DNA of 64,000 nucleotides. It comes from Monocercomonoides exilis PA203 (Eukaryota; Protista; Preaxostyla). Position numbers and translations under genes: made by a program. This document shows, piece after piece, positions 56,600-64,000 of this stretch; within the stretch, counting starts at the first letter, position 1, and the number at the start of each line of letters is the position of its first letter. A model generated the notes under the pieces. It was not told the origin of the DNA and searched no databases. It worked only from the letters and a program-made list of their open reading frames with translations. The DNA lies in NCBI GenBank assembly GCA_001643675.2, contig LSRY02000034.1, forward strand, positions 682,001 to 746,000, given 5' to 3'.

Positions 56600-57775
56600 C
56601 TATTCCCATTGCTCGAGAACTGTGAGCTTTTGCGACTGATTAGCCTTTCTGATCCGAATGTGGATGTTGTGTTTGTGTCTCCGGTGGAGCTGCTGGTAGA
56701 CGTGATGGTGTATCTGAAAAAGCTTCTTGTGGCAGGGGCAGCGCAGCAGTCGTCTCTTCGCTCAGCACCTTCGTCTTCCTCGTCTTCTTCAACTGGAGCA
56801 GCATGCCGATCAACTTCATTATTCAGGAGGCGTAGAAGCGAAGAGAAGAAGGCAGCAGGAGATGATCAGCCATCATCTTCATCAGCGCCTGCGATTGACC
56901 CTTCGAATGCGTCGGCTGTGGCTGCGTCATACACGTCGGTAGGAGCGATGGATGACATCGAGAGGCGGCTGCGGATTGTGGTACCAGAGGCAGCTGAGGT
57001 GTATGTGCTGCAGACGCTTCGAGGGATATGTTGTGGCGTGACATAGCTGGTTGCATTGTATGGGGATGTTGCGCGTGCGTATGATGTGGCGCTTTTGGAG
57101 ATGCTTTCGGTTTCGCTGGTGAGGCCGCTTCCTTCGCTTGCAGCGTCGGTGGGCACGAAGTCGGTGAGTAAGCGGATCTTTGCGGCGGCAGATGTAAATG
57201 CATTCCCGTCGATCAACGACCTGTTTGTCCCGTCGCTGCAGATATGGAGATCACAACAGTCGAGGCGTGTTGTGGTGAAGCTGGACGAGGAAGTGATGGG
57301 GCGAGGGGTTGCAGTGTGTGAAGTGGGAGAGATTATGGAGAAGGGGCTGTCAGAAGCGGGGCTGAGGATGGAGGATGTGATTTTGTCACCAGCAGCGATT
57401 GCGTTGGCGTTGCTGGAAGAGCGGGAAGAGGCAGAGGAAGGAGAAATGGGATGAAAAGAGGAAGGAGATGGGAATGAGGAGAAAGGCGGCTATCCGACAG
57501 CACACAGAGAGTTTGTGGAAAGAAATAAAGGGAACCTGGGGAAGCTGGAAGAAGCGACGGCACCTCTGATTGTGAAGGAACTTTGAATGGGAAGGCTGAG
57601 GTTTGTGAAGGCGGGGGTGGGGACAGGAGATGAGGTTGAGGCGGGTTCAGATAAGCAGCATTCAGTGGAACCAAGTGTGCAGTTCTTTGTCGCCTATGGC
57701 ATTCAACAGGAGATTTCAAGAGCAGTAGAAGAAGCAGCAGATGGGTCTTTTGGCATAGCTTCAGAAAAAAATTAA
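56600..57775 (+). pseudogene. IQCH: IQCH (IQ motif-containing H)-like gene fragment, probably a pseudogene
   Basis: LRLISLSDPNVDVVFVSP..VMVYLKKLL, DIERRLRIVVPE, GTKSVSKRIFAAADV and RRVVVKLDEEVMGRGVA parallel conserved IQCH blocks as recalled. There is an in-frame TAG at 57044-57046, later stops, and truncation into low-complexity sequence. Confidence 0.65.
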
Positions 57776-58767
57776 AGAAGAGGATGAAAAGAAAGAAGAA
57801 GAAAAAGAATAAGGAGAAGGAGAAGAAGGAGAAGAAAAAGAAGATGATGAAGAAGAAGAAGAATGAGGAGGAGGAGAAGGAGGAAGAAGAAGGAGGAGGA
57901 GGAGGAGGAGAAAGAAGGAGAAGAAGGAGAAGAATGAGGAGGAGGAGAAGGAGGAAGAAGAAGAAGAAGAAAATGTGGGAATTCATAGTTAAGAAGAGAT
58001 GCTTGGCCTGCCTATTACCAAAGGAAAGCATCACATGTTTTTTCATTCGCATTCTTATGGCAAATACGCCTTTTTCTCAATGAATTTGAGTGTCTCTTCT
58101 TCATGTTTAAAAAATGATCAGTAAGAAAAAAATGGAAAGAAGTTGGAGTTACAAGATACTTCTCAAAAGATCAGAAAAGAGAATCAATTAGAAACGAGAA
58201 TAAACTTGCGTGTATTTGTTTCACTCTCGTGAAACTGCTTTGAAGATAAGTCATTTCACGAAGACTTTTAAAGAAGATAAGAGGAAAATGAAAGTAATTT
58301 TAATTCTCTCTTTTTTTTCCTCCCTCAATTCATCGAAATGAAGTGAAACAAAAAAAATTATTAAAAAAGAAAGACTCAAATGATTATTTTCGATTATGCA
58401 ATATGATAAAAAGAAAAGCAATAAATGAGAACTACAAAATGAAATGAATTTCCTTATCTCGAACATTAACATCATCAGTTGATAATTCATCAGACAATCC
58501 AACAAAAATTTTTAATTGAAAAAGGATTCACGCAATTGTTTGCCAACGAAGGAAATAATTCAAAAAGAATAAAACCATATTTAAGAAACGAAATTCAATA
58601 TATCTCATTTCCTCCAACATTTACACTAATTTGATAAACATTAAAGTATTCATTAAGCCAATTTTCTGTTTGTTAAAAAAAACATTTACAAGGTTTTGTC
58701 GAATAACAAATCAATGAAAAAGAAAAAGATAGTTTTTGAGTAACAAAATAATATAAGTTTCATTTTC

Positions 58768-60110
58768 TTAAACATTCACAAAACAATCAGAAATGTTTAA
58801 CGATAAAACAGTTGGCAGATGATGTTTGTTCAAAAAATCAAACATTTTTTGAAAACTCTCAATGTAATCTTCGTATCCATCTTCTTCCATCTTTTCAAAT
58901 ATCTTCCTTTTCAATGCTTTTCTTTTCGCTTCATCAGTTTCTCCATCCGCCTCTTCTTTCAATCTTTCAGAAATTTTCGAAAAGAAACGCAAAAAGCCGA
59001 ATTCCATTGTTTTTTTCAATGTTGGTTGTTTCATTTCCTCCAAAAAAGTGTTGACTGCTCCTCCACTCAATAAGTCTTCAACTTTCACAACTCTTCTTTC
59101 TGCTGCTTTTTCCAATATATGAATGCATAGACTGCTTATTTCTTCGTAATTATCCCTTGATATTTGATATAGCTGAACAACGTTGCTTAAAAAGCCAACA
59201 AATTCTTCATTCTCCAATTTGCATCTGAAGAAATAAGAACCCAATGTTTGGAGCCATCTTATCAAAATAAACTCATCATTCGCTTCCTCTCCTCTTTCCA
59301 CACCTTCTTTTTTCTTCCAGTCAAGACTTCTTGTAAGCTCTTCCAGTTCTCTTGTTGCCTCTCCCACAAAATGCAGCTCATTCACGATCACCTCTTCCAC
59401 ATTCTCATTGTATAATAATCGGTCTATCAAAAAACGCCAAGCAGATTGATTGGCCAGTCGTGAAAGATTTTTGTGTTTCTGCTGATGTTTGACGATTTCT
59501 ATAATTTCTTTCAAATACTGTTTTAGCCTAAAAGACTTATTAGAAATAAGAAAATAACAACAATATCAAAATAGAAATAACAATGTTCATACGCAATACG
59601 TGTCAATGTAATTTAAAGTTAATAAAGACATTTCCACTTCTTTTTGAGTCTCCTCGCTTTCCTCTTTCTTCGAGGCAGCTTTAATAAGGTAAGGCACACA
59701 AATTGAATACAGTTCTGAAGATAACAAGCTGTTAAGCAAAAAACAGCATTCGCTAAGATCAACAAGAAGCTTTTCGTTTTTCTCTTCTTTTTTCTTCTCT
59801 TCATCAATAATCATCTTCTTAAATCTTTTGTTCAACGAAGACCTTTCAAAGTCTTGATTACATATATTTTTCAGCGCTTTGAGATATACGACATGCTTCA
59901 GCATCCAAGTGGAATTTCCCAATTGCAATTTCTTATCTTCAATCATTTTGTCCATTTCATTGAATAGTTCTGTTGTGAAAACTGATTTGAATTCTTCCAT
60001 ATTCATTCCATCAACTACTTCATTTATCTCAAGGATTTTCTGTTTCTGTTCAATTTCATCGCAGCCTTCCAGCTCAGAAAACAATTCTTCAAAAAAAAGA
60101 AAGAAAGAAA
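58768..60110 (-). CDS. Lineage-specific acidic helical multicopy family protein (spliced), paralogue of the 53.4-kb gene
   Basis: ORFs 59587-60084 (FSELEGCDEIEQKQKILE..KEVEMSLL) and 58768-59514 are separated by an intron at the same position as in the paralogue. The first exon is unresolved and may be disrupted. Confidence 0.7.
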
Positions 60111-62332
60111 TCTAATCAAAAGAATTCACATGCGAATGCAATTGCACACTATTGAACTTTTTTGTGTTGTCTGTCTCCTATATACAGATTTTTTTTCAAA
60201 AAAATTGAACAAGAAAACAACACCATTATGATATTTCCATTGAATTTAAATATGTTTGGATAGAAGTAAATTTGTGCAAAATTTATACTCAAAATATTCA
60301 AGAAAATATACCAGTTCGCACCTTCCTTTTTTGTTTTGGCATTTTGACAAAGAATTACAAAAAGAAATAATTATTAATATTATACTGGTTTGTTGTTATG
60401 GTAGTTTTGATCAATTTGGATGTTTCAAAAGGGACATAGGTTAACAAAATGAGAGTTCAGTGAGTGAACATTATCTGTAAAGCTAGAAATATTATTTCCT
60501 GTGGAGATAACAAGAAACGAGGCAATGCAATATTTTTGGAATTCTGCCTGATGATTTTTGTCAATTGGATGGCCAAGGGGAATGCAACAATTTTATAAAA
60601 AAATGAGAATATGTGCATGTGTACATTTTTAATTGTTCTATTGATTGTGAAGATATTTCCGTCTGTATCCTTTCCAAAGTCCAGAAATCCTGCTTATTGT
60701 TGAAATGGCCAATCTCCGCTTTGGAGAGCAATACGATGTAAATGGAGCTGATTATTGTATAGTAATTAGGAAACAAAGGAATATGAGTAAATGTCATGCT
60801 TTTCATAATTTTTTATTTGGAACAAGACTTGAAAACAAATACGACTGTTATTTTATTAAATGAAGACAAAAGAGGATGGAATTCTGTGAAGGACAAAATC
60901 GCACAAAATTATATAGAATTTAGGAGCTAAAGGCAGGGAGAGCGGTTTGGGGTATTTTTGTGCTGAGAAAGTGGCTGGCAATACAAAGGAGGGATAATTA
61001 TTCCAAAAAAAGAAGAAGAAAATGGTGAGGAGATAATGAAAAAAACGAATGAACGGAAAAGAAGGTGATTGCATTGATGTTGGTGTTTGTGAAGGAAGAA
61101 ATGGAAGTGATTGTGAATGAATGAAGAAGAAGAAGAAGAAGAGAGTTGGACGTCCTTTTGGATATTGAGGAAACAAAAGGTTATAAATCCACAAAAATTC
61201 AATGGTATGCTTCTGAAAAGACTTTTTTTAGCTAACAAAAGGAGAGAATCAGGGTAGGGGTGGGGGTTGGGGCACAATTTCAGCGACAGAGGAATTTAGC
61301 TTGGAAAGATGAAACAGAAAAGAAAGTTGTATAAATTATTTGATGAAACAGAGAAAAAAATCAAATGACTGAAGAAAAAAACAAATGGCTGATTAAATGT
61401 CAAAGGAAAGAAATAAAGATTGAAGGGAAAAGAAAGATTTTCATTCAAAGGACAATGATTAGAGCAAAAGACACAGAAAAATTAAGACGAAGAAAATTCT
61501 TCTCCATCATTGATGGGATGCGCGTTTCCAAATGAGTCTCAACCAACAATTGGAGACACATGCAGCACAAGATGAATAGGATGAAGAGCAGATTCAAGAA
61601 ATATGGAGATGATGAATGGATGTGTAAACAAGAAGAATATGCAAGAACTTTGATTTTTTTGATTAAATATTCTTGCATCTTGCATTGAAGAGAAAAAGAA
61701 GATTTTACAAAGAAAGCATTTGAAAAATTCTTGGAGAAGGAAGAATGTGCTTACGAAAGATTCGAAGCAAATGCAAATGGATGTGATGGGGCTCAATAAG
61801 CACAAAAAATTATTCTCACTCTTCCTCCACTGTGGTTCAAAGAAAATCATCAACGTCATCTCTTTCTTCCCATTCTTTCTTCTTTATCTCCATAATATCA
61901 AATGGTGTTGGTATGCGCAGAATTAAATATTAATTTTATTATGATTATTAATAATTTTAGTTTTAATAATCTCACTTTTATTTTTCACATCATCAACATT
62001 TTTATGATGAAGCAAAAAAAAAAAAAAAAGTTTTAATTTCAGATTCAAAAAGATAGTTGGGATGAAATTTTTTCTTTACGAATTTTGTTCTGAACAATGC
62101 TTTTTAATTATTCTCTCAATTCTTTAATTTTTCAATGTTTTGTGGGCATTCTAATTAAAGAATAATAATGAGATTATTTTGTTATAAGTTTGAAACAAGT
62201 TCTTGTTTTGTTCATAAATGCAAATATTTTGCTTTAGTTACCAATTCTATGAAAAACCATTCTTTTAAAAAGATAATGATCAAAATTTGAATTGGGGAAT
62301 TTCAGAATTGTCAAAGCAGTTGAAAATTAAAC

Positions 62333-63802
62333 ATGCGTGAAATCGTTCATATCCAAGCCGGTCAGTGCGGGTTTGTTGATTGAGATTTATGTTTTATGTT
62401 CATATTTATTTGAATCATCTTTTATAAACATTCAATTAATTCAAAATATGCGTTTTAAAATTAAAAAATTTTAAATGCTATTAATTCAAATTCCAGAAAC
62501 CAAATTGGTGCCAAGTTCTGGGAAGTTATCTCCGATGAGCACGGAATTGACCCAACAGGAGCATATCACGGAGAGTCTGAATTGCAACTCGAAAGAATCA
62601 ACGTTTACTACAACGAGGCAACAGGTGGAAAATATGTTCCACGTGCAGTCCTTGTTGACTTGGAACCAGGAACCATGGATTCCGTTCGTGCTGGACCATT
62701 CGGGCAATTGTTCCGCCCTGACAACTTTGTCTTCGGACAGACAGGAGCAGGAAACAACTGGGCAAAGGGACACTACACAGAGGGAGCTGAATTGATCGAC
62801 TCCGTTTTGGATGTTGTCCGTAAGGAAGCTGAGGGTTGCGATTGCCTCCAGGGATTCCAATTGTGCCACTCTCTCGGTGGAGGAACTGGATCTGGAATGG
62901 GAACTCTTCTGATCTCCAAGATTCGTGAAGAATACCCAGATCGTATGATGTGCACATTCTCAGTTGTGCCATCACCAAAAGTGTCAGATACCGTTGTTGA
63001 ACCATACAACTGCACATTGTCAACATCTCTGCTTCTTGAAAACACTGATGAGACCTTCTGCATTGACAATGAAGCACTTTATGATATTTGCTTCCGTACC
63101 CTAAAATTGACCACACCAACATATGGTGATTTGAACCATCTTGTGTCTGTTGTTATGTCAGGAATCACATGCTGCCTTCGCTTCCCAGGTCAGTTGAACT
63201 CTGATCTTCGTAAGTTGGCTGTCAACTTGGTTCCATTCCCAAGACTTCACTTCTTCATGGTTGGATTTGCTCCTTTGACTTCCAGAGGATCACAGCAATA
63301 CCGCGCCTTGTCGGTTCCAGAGCTGACCCAGCAAATGTTCGATGCAAAGAACATGATGGCTGCTTCAGATCCCCGTCACGGCCGCTATTTGACTGCCTCA
63401 GCTTTGTTCAGAGGAAGAATGTCAACAAAAGAAGTTGATGAACAAATGCTCAATGTTCAAAACAAGAACTCATCATACTTCATTGAATGGATCCCCAACA
63501 ACATCAAGTCATCTGTGTGCGATATCCCACCAAAGGGACTGAAAATGGCTGTCTCATTCATTGGAAACTCAACAGCCATCCAGGAATTGTGGAAACGTGT
63601 TGCTGAACAATTCACAGCTATGTTCAGAAGAAAGGCCTTCCTTCACTGGTACACAGGAGAAGGTATGGACGAAATGGAATTCACAGAAGCTGAATCCAAC
63701 ATGAGCGATCTTGTATCTGAATACCAACAATACCAGGATGCTACAGCTGATGATGAAGAAGAAGGTGAAGGAGAGATGGAAGGAGAAGGTGAAGCAATGT
63801 AA
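62333..63802 (+). CDS. TUBB: Beta-tubulin (447 aa, one intron)
   Basis: Exon 1 (62333-62370) encodes [13 protein letters not shown]. Intron 62371-62496 (gtttgt..ttccag) is followed by exon 2, [16 protein letters not shown].., ending in an acidic tail and a TAA stop. Confidence 0.98.
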
Positions 63803-64000
63803 ATCATTTTAACTTTCTATTGTTCATTTCTTATTGATTTCATTGTGAAATTTAAAACAAGCTTTTAAAAAAAGAAAGAATTTTCATCATTTTTTTATAA
63901 TATTAAGTTTTATATAAAGCAAGTGTTACGAATTGAAAATTTGGTAAAAAAATTTTGCAATTGTGGAAAAAGCCGAGATTTGTTCCAAACTGTTTCCCTA

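Noticed and set aside
1-64000. tRNA or rRNA genes
   Set aside because: No cloverleaf or rRNA signature was noticed by eye. A tRNAscan-SE/cmscan run would be needed to exclude them formally.

Overview
AT-rich, intron-containing eukaryotic DNA with short GT-AG introns and the standard genetic code. The gene families and style suggest an oxymonad such as Monocercomonoides (inference, not verified). Conserved genes: a KIF-binding protein homologue head-to-head with a greatly expanded SF3B3/Rse1-like gene, a small conserved multi-pass membrane protein, an IQCH-like remnant and a beta-tubulin. Lineage-type genes: two large single-pass surface proteins (one with a pseudokinase tail), three copies of an acidic helical multicopy family and a Trp/Met-rich 30-aa repeat protein. 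Mobile DNA is dense. It includes a pogo/Fot1-like DD35D transposase at the left edge, two decayed DIRS-type tyrosine-recombinase retrotransposons, an intron-containing Merlin (IS1595-like) transposon with an 8-bp TSD, three Merlin-type MITEs that each carry a telomere-repeat palindrome, and a 1.06-kb foldback palindrome. One of the DIRS elements retains its termini and internal complementary region. The most interesting signal is a strand-specific structured RNA in the 3' non-coding part of that element. It contains a symmetric U-rich internal loop resembling an ENE triple-helix stability element.
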